Source: Marinicella sp. (GTDB taxonomy: Bacteria; Pseudomonadota; Gammaproteobacteria; Xanthomonadales; Marinicellaceae). From it: a stretch of 64,000 nucleotides of DNA. The notes beneath the pieces are model-generated. The model saw only the letters and a program-made list of their open reading frames with translations, did not search any database and was not told the origin of the DNA. The stretch is from positions 1,824,001-1,888,000 of the forward strand of contig OZ246001.1 in NCBI GenBank assembly GCA_965230295.1, read 5' to 3'. Shown here piece by piece: positions 41,451 to 51,257 of this stretch; the stretch's first letter is position 1; the number at the start of each line of letters is the position of its first letter. A program made the translations under genes and the position numbers.

Positions 41451-42406
41451 TCCGATAAGATGGTTGCTTTGATGCTCATTCCAGGGCGCATGATTTCCAA
41501 GTTCAAATCATCAATGGTGACGATCGCATCCAGGATTTTAGATGGTTGATTTTTCGATTTGGTGCGCACCACTTTCGACAGTGATTTGATGTTGCCAGTG
41601 AACTCAGTGTCTGGATAAGCGTCAAGCACAAACTTGACCTGTTGACCTTCAGAGACGCGTGACATGTCATTTTCCTTGATCTCTAACTGGGCGATGATCT
41701 TTTCAAGATCGGCCACTTCCGATACCCGCATGCCGCCCCACACCGAGTCGCCTACAGCAAATTTATTGTTGTTCCAATCGGTTTTGTGCATCACGATGCC
41801 TTTGCGTTTAGACATGATCCGCATGCGTTTGATCGAATCATTCAATTCATCCACTTCAGCTGACAGTTTGGCTATGTTGGCTTGCAAGATTTCAACCTCG
41901 GTAATTAGCTTGTCTTCGGTCAACCTTCGATCATCCAATGCATGCTGATACTCCAACTTGCCCAACTCAAAATTCAGTTGGTTTTCTTCATATTCATTCA
42001 AGGCAATCACACTTTTAGGAAGCTCGGCCTTGCGTTGGGCTTTGTCCAGCAGCATTTTCTTTTCTTCCACAGCCAAATCTTTATTCTGGATGGTTTCTAC
42101 CATCCCCACCTGGGTGTTTTTCAACTCAGACTGTTTGATGTTCAGCTCACCTTGTTTGTCTAACAATCGCTCTTTGAGCTGATCGGTCTTGAACATCAAT
42201 ACCGGTTGGCCAGGATTTACCTGGGTGCCATCTTCTGCCATGAAGGCAATGGTGTATTGCCAGATTCTGCGTATTTTAGGCGGTGAATAGTTGTCTGTTT
42301 CAAGTGCTTTCAGTTCGCCACTGGCCTTGAACTCACCTGCTTGGACGGTTGACCAAGAGCCAACCAACAACAAAATTATCATCACATGTTTCATTTCACA
42401 CCTCAA
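41447..42406 (-). CDS. periplasmic adaptor (HlyD-type membrane fusion protein)
   Basis: Signal peptide, DGTQVNPGQPV, long coiled coil, F.VGD.V, GQQV..LDAYP and MRPGMS. Confidence 0.85.
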   Translation of the reverse strand: MRCEMKHVMIILLLVGSWSTVQAGEFKASGELKALETDNYSPPKIRRIWQYTIAFMAEDGTQVNPGQPVLMFKTDQLKERLLDKQGELNIKQSELKNTQVGMVETIQNKDLAVEEKKMLLDKAQRKAELPKSVIALNEYEENQLNFELGKLEYQHALDDRRLTEDKLITEVEILQANIAKLSAEVDELNDSIKRMRIMSKRKGIVMHKTDWNNNKFAVGDSVWGGMRVSEVADLEKIIAQLEIKENDMSRVSEGQQVKFVLDAYPDTEFTGNIKSLSKVVRTKSKNQPSKILDAIVTIDDLNLEIMRPGMSIKATILSE

Positions 42407-43334
42407 TTAGGTTAACCAAGGCGCTCATGCCAGGTAACAAATCGATGTCGTCTGCGCCATTCAGACTAACCTCTACTTCATAATACAAACCATCTCCCCA
42501 ATCCTTTTTGTCTCTTCCACCGGAAGATATTGAAATGATTTCGCCAGTCACTTGGGCTTTGGGCAAGGCATCAAACAACACATTGACAGACTTGCCTTGG
42601 GTTATTTTTGGGACATCAATGGCATTGACCCAGGCTTTTACTTTCATGTTTTGTTTCTTGGATACTTTCATGATTTCCATCCCGCTGTTGGCTTGGTCTC
42701 CCACTTGGAACTTACTGCCGGTAAAGGGATGGGTTCCATACACCACATATCCTGATTGTGTGGCTTTGATGCTCAAAGCTTCCAGCTGACCTTGCCAATA
42801 GGATAAGTCTTTTTGTTTTTGTTCGGTACCCAGTTTGACTTCCAGGACTTTTTCCCGTTGTTTTTGTTTGATGGCAGCCAAATCATTTTCTGCCTCATTT
42901 AAGGTCTTGATGGACTTTTTCAGGGCCAGTTGACGTTCTTTGTATTCCAATTCACCGATGAAATCGACAGGTACGTCGGCTTTCAGTTGGGCCACTTTGC
43001 GATCGACTTTGGCTTTTTCAAAATCCAGATTGGCATTGTTCAAGTCAATTTCGATTTGAATCATGTCTCTTTTGGCACTGGCTTTGAACACGTCCAATTG
43101 TTCAACTTTACTTTCAATGGTGCTGTCAATTTCACTGCCATCAATTCGAATGATGAAGTCACCGACCTCAACATAAGTGCCTTCATCGATCATTTCACTG
43201 ATTTTGCCTTGCCACCCTCTGACTTGTGGCATATTGATGACTTGTGTTTGGCTGGATTCAACCACGCCAGTAAACATCACAGCCTGAGCTGTTGTGCTTA
43301 AAATCAATAGAATGAGTGGAATCAATATTTTCAT
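42396..43334 (-). CDS. periplasmic adaptor (HlyD-type membrane fusion protein)
   Basis: Signal peptide, EGTYVEVGD, coiled coil, IKATQSG, FQVGD, FDALP and LLPGMS. Confidence 0.85.
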   Translation of the reverse strand: MKILIPLILLILSTTAQAVMFTGVVESSQTQVINMPQVRGWQGKISEMIDEGTYVEVGDFIIRIDGSEIDSTIESKVEQLDVFKASAKRDMIQIEIDLNNANLDFEKAKVDRKVAQLKADVPVDFIGELEYKERQLALKKSIKTLNEAENDLAAIKQKQREKVLEVKLGTEQKQKDLSYWQGQLEALSIKATQSGYVVYGTHPFTGSKFQVGDQANSGMEIMKVSKKQNMKVKAWVNAIDVPKITQGKSVNVLFDALPKAQVTGEIISISSGGRDKKDWGDGLYYEVEVSLNGADDIDLLPGMSALVNLIEV

Positions 43335-43996
43335 GCGACTATCTTCCCGTCTAAGAAGTGGATGGTGCGACCAGCGTTTTCAGCAATGTCTGGTTCATGG
43401 GTCACCATCACAATGGTTTGACCTGCTTTGTTGAGTTCTACCAGCAGGTCAATGATTTGTTGTGATATGGCACTGTCCAAGTTACCGGTCGGTTCATCGG
43501 CCAACAGCACCGCAGGCTGGTTGATCAGTGAACGGGCAATGGCCACACGTTGAATCTGACCGCCTGACATTTCATTGGGCATGTGATGCATGCGCTCACC
43601 CAAACCGACTTGGTGCAGTAGTTTTTCAGCCCGTGCCTGACCACCTTGTTGCTTTTCAGGTGAAGCAAATCGCAATGGGACCATGACGTTTTCCAGGGCG
43701 CTCAATCGAGGCAATAAATGAAATCCCTGGAACACAAAGCCAATGTGATCATTACGAATCTTTGATAAGTTGTCATCATCCAGGGCACTGACATCTTGCT
43801 TGGCCAATTGGTAATGACCACTGGTGGGTTTATCCATGCAGCCCAGGATGTTGAGCATGGTTGATTTACCTGACCCCGAGCGCCCCATGATGGCCACAAA
43901 TTCACCCGTAGCAATTGATAAATCGACTTGATCCAATGCGGTGATGGTTTCACCCTGGGTTTGATAAATCTTTGATATTTTTGACAGTTCTAACAT
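43331..43996 (-). CDS. ABC transporter ATP-binding protein (MacB/LolD type)
   Basis: Motifs GRSGSGKST, IGFVFQ, MSGGQ, LLADEPTGNLD and VTH. Confidence 0.95.
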   Translation of the reverse strand: MLELSKISKIYQTQGETITALDQVDLSIATGEFVAIMGRSGSGKSTMLNILGCMDKPTSGHYQLAKQDVSALDDDNLSKIRNDHIGFVFQGFHLLPRLSALENVMVPLRFASPEKQQGGQARAEKLLHQVGLGERMHHMPNEMSGGQIQRVAIARSLINQPAVLLADEPTGNLDSAISQQIIDLLVELNKAGQTIVMVTHEPDIAENAGRTIHFLDGKIVA

Positions 43997-44204
43997 CCTT
44001 ATTGATGCCCCGTAATAATGTTATCAGCGTAATCTGAATCAGAGATTGGAAACAGTGTCAAAAGTATGGATGTAAAAAGATGATCTTGACCCCAAAATCA
44101 TAAGATTCAGCAGTGTTACAGTTATCAGTATAAACCACAATCTTTACAAAAAGTTCAACATATTCTAAGGATGAAATGTGGATGAATTGTGAAAACCCGC
44201 AAAG

Positions 44205-44921
44205 TCAGGGTATGCAAAGTGATAATACGGCACTGAGTTCAGTGAAAAACACATTGTTTTCAGGTATCAAGCCATGGGCAAACCAGGGTGTAATGAGAAT
44301 CCACAGCCCCAACAGAAAGATGAACAACCCTGAAGCGGTCCGCAACCACATCCCTTTTTGGGTGTTGATCAAGCGTTGCATGACGGTTTGAGAAAACAGC
44401 AAAGGCAGTAGGGTACCTAAGCCAAAAAACAACATGAAACTGGCACCCCTCAAGACATCGGCTGTGGTGGCTGCAATGATCAACATGCCGTACAACAAAC
44501 CACAAGGTATTAAGCCCCACAACATGCCTTTTAAAAATACTTGATGGGTGCTGTTGGCCTGCTGAATTTGCTTCAATTTGCCAGCAATTTTAGGCCAAAA
44601 GGGCAAGGGTTTCTGGATCACCAGCCACCGTGCCTTGTCTTTGAAAATGATCACCAAAGACGTAAGTACCAACATACCACCCATAAGTATCCTGAGGAAT
44701 CCGCCCCATGTGCCCAGTTCAAGGCGTAAACTGGCACCTTGAATCAAGCCGGCAAACACGGCTCCTGATAAAGTATAAGTAGCCACCCGACCCAAGTTGG
44801 TCATCAAAGTCTGCCGGGTGTTTTGATGCTGGCAGATGACGGCACACAATCCACCACACATGGCAATACAATGAAATCCCGAAAAAAAGCCAATCAATAG
44901 GGGTGTGATGGCTGACATCAT
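44205..44921 (-). CDS. DsbD-like/TauE-SafE family membrane protein of the cco cluster
   Basis: Motifs HCIAMCGG, GRVATY, WGLIPCGLLY and M..FGLGT.P. Confidence 0.88.
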   Translation of the reverse strand: MMSAITPLLIGFFSGFHCIAMCGGLCAVICQHQNTRQTLMTNLGRVATYTLSGAVFAGLIQGASLRLELGTWGGFLRILMGGMLVLTSLVIIFKDKARWLVIQKPLPFWPKIAGKLKQIQQANSTHQVFLKGMLWGLIPCGLLYGMLIIAATTADVLRGASFMLFFGLGTLLPLLFSQTVMQRLINTQKGMWLRTASGLFIFLLGLWILITPWFAHGLIPENNVFFTELSAVLSLCIP

Positions 44922-44924
44922 GAT

Positions 44925-45125
44925 TCAGTCCTCTTTGGCGTCTTTAGTTGAATTTTCCTTTGAGTTTTTAGCCTGGATTAAAGGTTCATTGTCATCATCC
45001 AAAATAGAATAGGCGGGGCTGTCCAAATCATCGAACTGATTTTTATTGATGGCCCAAATCAGTGCCCACACTGCAGCAACTGCCAAAGCCAGACTCAACA
45101 ATACCAAAACAAAAACCATGTTCAT
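44925..45125 (-). CDS. ccoS: cbb3 oxidase assembly protein CcoS
   Basis: One TM helix then WAI...QFDDLD.P...ILDD. ATGA overlap with the ccoI stop. Confidence 0.9.
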   Translation of the reverse strand: MNMVFVLVLLSLALAVAAVWALIWAINKNQFDDLDSPAYSILDDDNEPLIQAKNSKENSTKDAKED

Positions 45126-47572
45126 GAACTGCCCACCTGTGTTAACAAACGACGTGAATTCAACACCACCAACAAGGAGCTCAAGGACATTCCAATGGCT
45201 GCCATCCAAGGTGCCAACCAGCCCATCATAGCAATCGGTGTCACACTGAGATTATATACCAGCGACCAGATTAAGTTTTGTTTGATGATGCGGTTGGTTT
45301 TTTGTGAAATGGCCAGAACACCCACCAAAGGCTGCAGGGATTTGCCCAAAATAATTAAATCAGAGGCTGAGTGGGCCAAATAAGCGCCTTGTTTTAGGCT
45401 GATTGACACATCGGCTTGTGACAATACGGGCGCATCATTAACCCCGTCGCCCACCATCACACAGGGTTTTCCTCTGTCTTGTAACGCTGAAATGTGTTTG
45501 ATTTTGTCATTGGCCTGTAACCCGCCGTGGCTGTTTTCAATGCCCAGCTGACGGCCCCAATGCCTCACCGTGTCGGGCTGGTCGCCGCTGATGATACTGG
45601 CTGTTTTGTTTTGTTGCTGCAGTTGCTTGAGTAAAGTGAACACACCTTCTCTTATAGGCACCTCTAACTCATACATAGCAACCACCTGTGTTGAATTTGC
45701 GAGATACACTTGGGTCAGATTGGGGTCTGTTTCAAAGTCAGGCAGTTCGATGCCAAGAGAAATCAACCATTGGGCACTGCCCATGTACCACTGTTGCTGT
45801 TGGGTTTGACCAGACACCCCACAGCCAGGATGTTCTTCAGCGCCAGTCACGACATCGGCATGGTGGTGTTGAAATGCAGAAGCTATCGGGTGATTACTGA
45901 CTTGTTGTAATCCTGCAGTCAGTGATTCAAAGGACTTACCTGGCTCGATCGAGTGGGTGTTTTTTATGGTCAGCTTGTCTTCTGACAAAGTGCCTGTTTT
46001 ATCAAAAAACCAGGTCGGTATTTTTGCCAGTTGTGTAATGGATTCGGTGTTGTTTACCAGCACACCTTGGCGTAATAAATTGACTCCAGCCGCTGTCAGT
46101 GCCGTTGGGGTGGCCAGTGACAATGCACAAGGGCATGTGGCGATCAAGACTGACAACAAAGCCGTCATCAAGGCATCGCTTTGGTTGAGCCCGTACCAAA
46201 TGGCCGTTCCGGTGGCCAGCACCAAAACCACGGCCACAAAGTAACTGGCGATTTGGTCAACCAATTGTAAGCTGGCTGGTTTTTTACTTTGTGCCAATTC
46301 CATCAAGTCAGCCAGTTTGGCCAGAAAACTGTCATTGTTATTGGCCGTCGTGATAAAGGTCAGACTGCCTGACACCAGTTCAGATCCAGCATAAATCGCA
46401 CAGTCTAAATCTTTATCAATCAAACGTGATTCACCGGTTAAGATGGCCTCATTAACCTGGCCAGAACCAGCTGTCACCAACCCATCACAAGGGACGACTT
46501 CGCCGGCATTGATTAACAATTGGTCGCCTTTAGATACCTGGTTCAAAGGGATGGTCTCGGTGGAGCCACCATCGCTGAGTAAGCGCTGTGCACTGACTGG
46601 TACCAAGGCAAATAAAGATTCACGCACATTCATGCCCTGATGCCTGACTTGGGACTCAACAAAACGGCCCAACAGCAAGAAAAACACGAACATGGCCATT
46701 GAATCAAAATAGACGTGTCCTGATTGCTTGAAGCTTAAGTACAAACTGACAAAATAAGCCAGGCTGATCGACAGTGCCACCGGTACATCCATTCCCAGGT
46801 GTCTGTTTTTCAGATCCCTGATGGCATTGTTAACGAAGCCTTGTCCTGAGTAAAAGTACACCACCGTGGCAACCAATAAACTGATCATCAAAAAGAAGCG
46901 TTGGATGTGGGGTGCCACTGTAAATTGATCTGGAGCGTACAGAGGCACCGCTAAAGTCATGATAAACATCATGCCAAAGCCAGCCACAGCGATGCGTTTT
47001 AATTGTCGATTGCGGTCTTCGTTGCCGGTTTGGGTTGGGTTGCTTTGTTGTAAAGGGTGGTATCCCAGGGACTCAATTTGAGAGAAAATCTCACTCAGCT
47101 TAATTTGTTCAACGGCAAATTCGACTTGCATGTTTTTGGTCACAGAGTTGATGCGGATTTCTTTGATGCCAGGTGAATTAAGCAACACTTTTTGGAGCAG
47201 CCAACCACAGGCGCTGCAATACATCCCTTCAACTTTGATGGTGGCTTGACAACCACCATTTTCATTGGTTTGAACCAGTGCTCTGAACACCTCAGGGGAG
47301 TCTAAGTGGGACCAGTTTTGATGTTTGCTGCTGACTTGTTCGGTAGGCAGTTGATTCTGGCGGTATTGATAAAAGACTTCGTGGTCATTGTCAGACAGAA
47401 AGACCGCCACTGCCTGACAACCGATGCAGCACATGGGCTGATCTGTACCTTGAATATTGGCGGTTAAATCACACCCTTTGGGAACCGCTTCGCCACAATG
47501 GAAACAGGTCGTTGATTGTCGGGTTTTGCTGTTGTGGCTGCTCAGTGAACCGGCGGACTGAAAACTGTTCAT
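45122..47572 (-). CDS. ccoI: Cu-translocating P-type ATPase CcoI/FixI
   Basis: Motifs CFHCG, CCIGC, GMYCSAC, LTGES, CPCAL, DKTGT and GDGVND. Confidence 0.93.
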   Translation of the reverse strand: MNSFQSAGSLSSHNSKTRQSTTCFHCGEAVPKGCDLTANIQGTDQPMCCIGCQAVAVFLSDNDHEVFYQYRQNQLPTEQVSSKHQNWSHLDSPEVFRALVQTNENGGCQATIKVEGMYCSACGWLLQKVLLNSPGIKEIRINSVTKNMQVEFAVEQIKLSEIFSQIESLGYHPLQQSNPTQTGNEDRNRQLKRIAVAGFGMMFIMTLAVPLYAPDQFTVAPHIQRFFLMISLLVATVVYFYSGQGFVNNAIRDLKNRHLGMDVPVALSISLAYFVSLYLSFKQSGHVYFDSMAMFVFFLLLGRFVESQVRHQGMNVRESLFALVPVSAQRLLSDGGSTETIPLNQVSKGDQLLINAGEVVPCDGLVTAGSGQVNEAILTGESRLIDKDLDCAIYAGSELVSGSLTFITTANNNDSFLAKLADLMELAQSKKPASLQLVDQIASYFVAVVLVLATGTAIWYGLNQSDALMTALLSVLIATCPCALSLATPTALTAAGVNLLRQGVLVNNTESITQLAKIPTWFFDKTGTLSEDKLTIKNTHSIEPGKSFESLTAGLQQVSNHPIASAFQHHHADVVTGAEEHPGCGVSGQTQQQQWYMGSAQWLISLGIELPDFETDPNLTQVYLANSTQVVAMYELEVPIREGVFTLLKQLQQQNKTASIISGDQPDTVRHWGRQLGIENSHGGLQANDKIKHISALQDRGKPCVMVGDGVNDAPVLSQADVSISLKQGAYLAHSASDLIILGKSLQPLVGVLAISQKTNRIIKQNLIWSLVYNLSVTPIAMMGWLAPWMAAIGMSLSSLLVVLNSRRLLTQVGSS

Positions 47573-47623
47573 TTGGCAGGGTGGCTGACATGTATTGATC
47601 CGGCGAGATTAAACCAAACCATG

Positions 47624-47821
47624 TCAGTCTTTTTCGATTTGGAACTTGTTTTGTTTAGCGATCACTTGCGGTGCATTTTGTTGTGCAATATAAACCGTAT
47701 ACAGTCCAGCAACCACAGCTGAGGCCGGTAATGAAATCATGAACCAAACCCAAGGGTATTTGTACCAGGGTAATGATTTGCGGTTCTTATCGGCAGGTGT
47801 TTTTACTGTTGTTTTGTTCAT
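47624..47821 (-). CDS. ccoH: short FixH/CcoH-like protein
   Basis: PWYK.PW.WF.I.LP...VVAG..T..IA is the FixH N-terminus. Only 65 aa. Confidence 0.7.
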   Translation of the reverse strand: MNKTTVKTPADKNRKSLPWYKYPWVWFMISLPASAVVAGLYTVYIAQQNAPQVIAKQNKFQIEKD

Positions 47822-49206
47822 TTGTTGTATCCAAAGTATTTAACTTGTTCTGAAGTAGAATCGCCTTGATCACCAGTGCTTGTCACTTTAACTTCGATGG
47901 TATGAATGCGTTTATTGGCCAGCTTTTTGGCGGCTTTGATTTTGATGGGAATGATCACCAATTCGCCGGGTTCTGCAGCAAGGCTGGTTTCATTCATTCC
48001 CAACTCAACTGACAAGCCTTCGATGCCTGAGGCAGTCACTTGATACAGGGCGCTTTTAGTACCTTTGTTCATGACTTTCAGAGTGTACACATTTTCAATG
48101 GTGTTTGCATCCACCACCCGGTAAAAGCTGTTGCGGTCATGTATCACATTCATGTCAATGGCACTGCGGTTGGCCAGTGACACACCGAAAGAGGTGACCA
48201 AGGCCAGCAAGATGATGAAATAAATCAAAGTTCTGGGTCTGAGGATGTGGGTCGGCTTGCCTTCCAGGGCATTTTCCGTGGTGTATTTAATCAGTCCCTT
48301 GGGCATGCCACTTTTTTCCATCACATCATCACAGGCATCGATGCAAGCAGCGCATGCGATGCACTCATACTGCAAGCCATCTCTGATATCGATTCCAGTC
48401 GGGCACACCTGAACACACAGCGTACAATCAATACAATCACCAGGTGCTTCTGATTCACGGCGTTTTTTGCCGCGCATCCGTGGTTCGCCGCGTTGTTCAT
48501 CATAAGATATGATCAACGTTTCTTTGTCAAACATGGCGCTTTGGAAGCGTGCATAAGGACACATGTACAAGCAGACTTGTTCACGCAAGAAACCGGCATT
48601 GCCGTAAGTGGCCAAAGCATAAAAGAACAGCCAAAAGCTCTCCCACGGCCCCAAAGTCCATTGCCACACGTGCTCGGCCAATTCTTTGATGGGGGTGAAG
48701 AATCCGACAAAGGTGAAACCCGTCCACAATGCAAAAGTGATCCATAAAAATTGTTTGCTGGTTTTGCGGATGACTTTTTCACTGGTCCAAGGGCCTTTGT
48801 CTAACTTCATCCGTTTATTGCGATTGCCTTCGGTCAACTGTTCCAACCAGATAAACACTTCGGTCCACACGGTCTGAGGGCAAGCAAACCCACACCACAA
48901 TCGACCCGCCAATGCGGTAAAAAAGAACAGGGCAAAGGCCGCAATGATCAGCATCAAAGCCAGAAAAATAAAATCCTGTGGCCACAAGGTCAGGCCAAAA
49001 ATGTGGAAACGGCGATGTGGCAGGTCAAACAAGATGGCTTGTTGCCCAGCCCAGGTAATCCAGGGCAAGACATAAAACAACCCCAACAACACCCAAACAG
49101 CCAATTTCCGCTTGAATTGAAAGCGGCCCTTCACTTCTCGAGGATACACCTTTTCATGGGCCTTGTATAAGCTTAACTCTACGGGCTTGGTATCTTGGTC
49201 GGTCAT
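47818..49206 (-). CDS. ccoG: cytochrome c oxidase accessory protein CcoG
   Basis: Motifs GRLWCGFACPQTVW, CLYMCPY, DCIDC..CVQVCP.GIDIR and CIAC..CIDAC. Confidence 0.96.
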   Translation of the reverse strand: MTDQDTKPVELSLYKAHEKVYPREVKGRFQFKRKLAVWVLLGLFYVLPWITWAGQQAILFDLPHRRFHIFGLTLWPQDFIFLALMLIIAAFALFFFTALAGRLWCGFACPQTVWTEVFIWLEQLTEGNRNKRMKLDKGPWTSEKVIRKTSKQFLWITFALWTGFTFVGFFTPIKELAEHVWQWTLGPWESFWLFFYALATYGNAGFLREQVCLYMCPYARFQSAMFDKETLIISYDEQRGEPRMRGKKRRESEAPGDCIDCTLCVQVCPTGIDIRDGLQYECIACAACIDACDDVMEKSGMPKGLIKYTTENALEGKPTHILRPRTLIYFIILLALVTSFGVSLANRSAIDMNVIHDRNSFYRVVDANTIENVYTLKVMNKGTKSALYQVTASGIEGLSVELGMNETSLAAEPGELVIIPIKIKAAKKLANKRIHTIEVKVTSTGDQGDSTSEQVKYFGYNK

Positions 49207-49239
49207 TTTTATCAGCCTTTGGTGGGTGGTGTGTGGTTC

Positions 49240-49554
49240 TTAACCGTTGGGGTTACGCTTGGCCAATCGGGTTCGGGGTAAGGCCATGACCACCCCGGCA
49301 AACAGGGCGGCCAGGAAGGTAAAAACCCAGAAAAAAGTGAAGCCCAAGGCGTAACCTTGCCATTGACTGATGTCAACAGCAAAGCTTGACAACTGCCCCA
49401 GGTATGCTGGATCGAAAAGCGCAAAAAACAACATGGACTCAACGGCAGCACAAAAGAACGAGACCCAAATGACAATGCCCATGCGACGGTAGAATATTCG
49501 CTTAATTTGGCGGTCATTAAATCCTTGATTCTTGATGATGGGTTCAGTAGTCAT
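49240..49554 (-). CDS. small membrane protein in the cco cluster
   Basis: Two TM helices (IWVSF..A.....FFALFDP and GYALGFTFFW), co-oriented between ccoP and ccoG. Confidence 0.7.
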   Translation of the reverse strand: MTTEPIIKNQGFNDRQIKRIFYRRMGIVIWVSFFCAAVESMLFFALFDPAYLGQLSSFAVDISQWQGYALGFTFFWVFTFLAALFAGVVMALPRTRLAKRNPNG

Positions 49555-49581
49555 GTGATTATTTTAGCAGTTATGTGGTTA

Positions 49582-50463
49582 TTATTGACTCAAAGAGTAA
49601 ACATAAGCAGCCACCAGCTTGATGCGATTTTCGTCCAAGATGTCTTTTTGGGCTGGCATGTTGCCATTGAAGCCTTCATACAAACCGGTTTCAATGATTT
49701 CATGGGAACCATACAGCCACACATCATCGGTTAAATCAGGTGCTCCAAACAGGTCTTGGCCCTTCCCTTCCGGACCATGACAAGCGGCACAAAACATGGC
49801 GAATTTTGATTCACCGGCAGATGCCAATTCTGCATCATGGTCAATACCTGATAAGCTGCGAACATAAGCGGCCACTTCTTTGCTGCCATCTTCACCTAAG
49901 GCGGGTGCAAAGGCGGGCATCACACCCATTCGGCCATTGGTTAATGTGGTTACAATGCTGTCATAGTCACCGCCCCAATTCCAATCATCATCAGCCAGGT
50001 TTGGAAAGCCAACAGCACCTTGAGCATCTGACGCATGACATTGGGCACAATTGTTGGCAAAGATTCTTTGGCCAATCAGCATCGCTTGTTCATCTTGAAT
50101 CATGGCATCGATTGGCTTGTTGATGAAGCTGGCAAACGATTTATTGCGGGCATCGGTAACGGCCGCATAATTGGCTTCAAATCGGTTGATCTGAGTCCAT
50201 TCTTTGCTGCCCTTGTAATTGCCCATACCTGGATAAAGATACAAATAGATCACAGAGAAGATGATGGTGATCACAAATAACCACAACCACCAACGGGGCA
50301 TGGGGTTGTCTAATTCCTGTAAGTCTTCATCCCATGTGTGCCCTGTGGTGTTGTCTGCGCGCTTATCAACTTTCTTTTTTGATGTGGCAAACAACAGCCA
50401 CAAATATGCAACGATGTGAGCTGCCACCACGATGATGACTGTCCAATGCCAAAAATTACTCAT
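49582..50463 (-). CDS. ccoP: cbb3 cytochrome c oxidase subunit III
   Basis: TGHTWD, DNPMPRWW and two CxxCH motifs (CAQCH, CAACH). Confidence 0.97.
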   Translation of the reverse strand: MSNFWHWTVIIVVAAHIVAYLWLLFATSKKKVDKRADNTTGHTWDEDLQELDNPMPRWWLWLFVITIIFSVIYLYLYPGMGNYKGSKEWTQINRFEANYAAVTDARNKSFASFINKPIDAMIQDEQAMLIGQRIFANNCAQCHASDAQGAVGFPNLADDDWNWGGDYDSIVTTLTNGRMGVMPAFAPALGEDGSKEVAAYVRSLSGIDHDAELASAGESKFAMFCAACHGPEGKGQDLFGAPDLTDDVWLYGSHEIIETGLYEGFNGNMPAQKDILDENRIKLVAAYVYSLSQ

Positions 50464-50632
50464 GAGATTTCTCCTCGGTGTTTGATTCCAAGTTGTTGAT
50501 TAGTTGGTCGTCTTCTTTAAGTGCTGTATGAGAAAGCTCCTCAAAGGTGGACTTGTTGTGTTTGCTCCAGGCCCAAGCCACGATGCCCAGGAAAACCACG
50601 ATCATCAATGCTGTGTAAATACCACTGATCAT
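50456..50632 (-). CDS. ccoQ: cbb3 cytochrome c oxidase subunit IV
   Basis: MISGIYT.....FLGIVAWAWS...K..FEE, with RBS GGAGG. Start at 50632. Confidence 0.88.
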   Translation of the reverse strand: MISGIYTALMIVVFLGIVAWAWSKHNKSTFEELSHTALKEDDQLINNLESNTEEKSHE

Positions 50633-50642
50633 AATTACCTCC

Positions 50643-51257
50643 TTATTGGTAGCTCTTGGGCATCGCCGTACCCAGATCCTGTAAGTAAGCAACCAGCGCA
50701 TCTAACTGAGTTTTGTCAGTTAAGCTGGCGGCGGCACCCGCAATGTCTTCATCTGAATAGGGGTGGCCCAGCATGCGCAGAACTTCCATGCTGGCGACTG
50801 TTTCTTCCACATCAACAGGAAGGTCGGCCAGCCAAGGATATCCGGGCATGTTGGAGGTGGGGACCACAGCCCTTGGGTCGATCAAATGAATTTCATGCCA
50901 TTCATTGGAGTAGCGCCCGCCCACACGAGCTAAATCAGGCCCGGTTCTTTTTGAGCCCCACTGGAAAGGACGGTCATACACCGATTCTCCGGCCACCGAG
51001 TAGTGCCCATAACGCAAGGTCTCATCAACGAAGGGGCGCACCTGTTGTGAATGGCAGTTGTAACAACCTTCAGCCACATAGATATTCTGTCCTGCCAGCT
51101 CCAGTGCATTGCGAGGTTCTAAGCCAGGTACGGGTTCTACCACACTGGCTTGAGACATCAAGGGTGCAATTTCAATGATGCCAGCAAAACTGATGACCAC
51201 AGCCACCAGAACGCCCATCAGACCGATGTTTTTTTCTATTTTCTCATGCTTGCTCAT
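50643..51257 (-). CDS. ccoO: cbb3 cytochrome c oxidase subunit II
   Basis: Motifs [21 protein letters not shown] and MPGY. Confidence 0.97.
   Translation of the reverse strand: MSKHEKIEKNIGLMGVLVAVVISFAGIIEIAPLMSQASVVEPVPGLEPRNALELAGQNIYVAEGCYNCHSQQVRPFVDETLRYGHYSVAGESVYDRPFQWGSKRTGPDLARVGGRYSNEWHEIHLIDPRAVVPTSNMPGYPWLADLPVDVEETVASMEVLRMLGHPYSDEDIAGAAASLTDKTQLDALVAYLQDLGTAMPKSYQ

Noticed and set aside
50504-51178. 224-aa plus-strand ORF
   Set aside because: It is antisense to ccoO/ccoQ and has no recognisable motifs.
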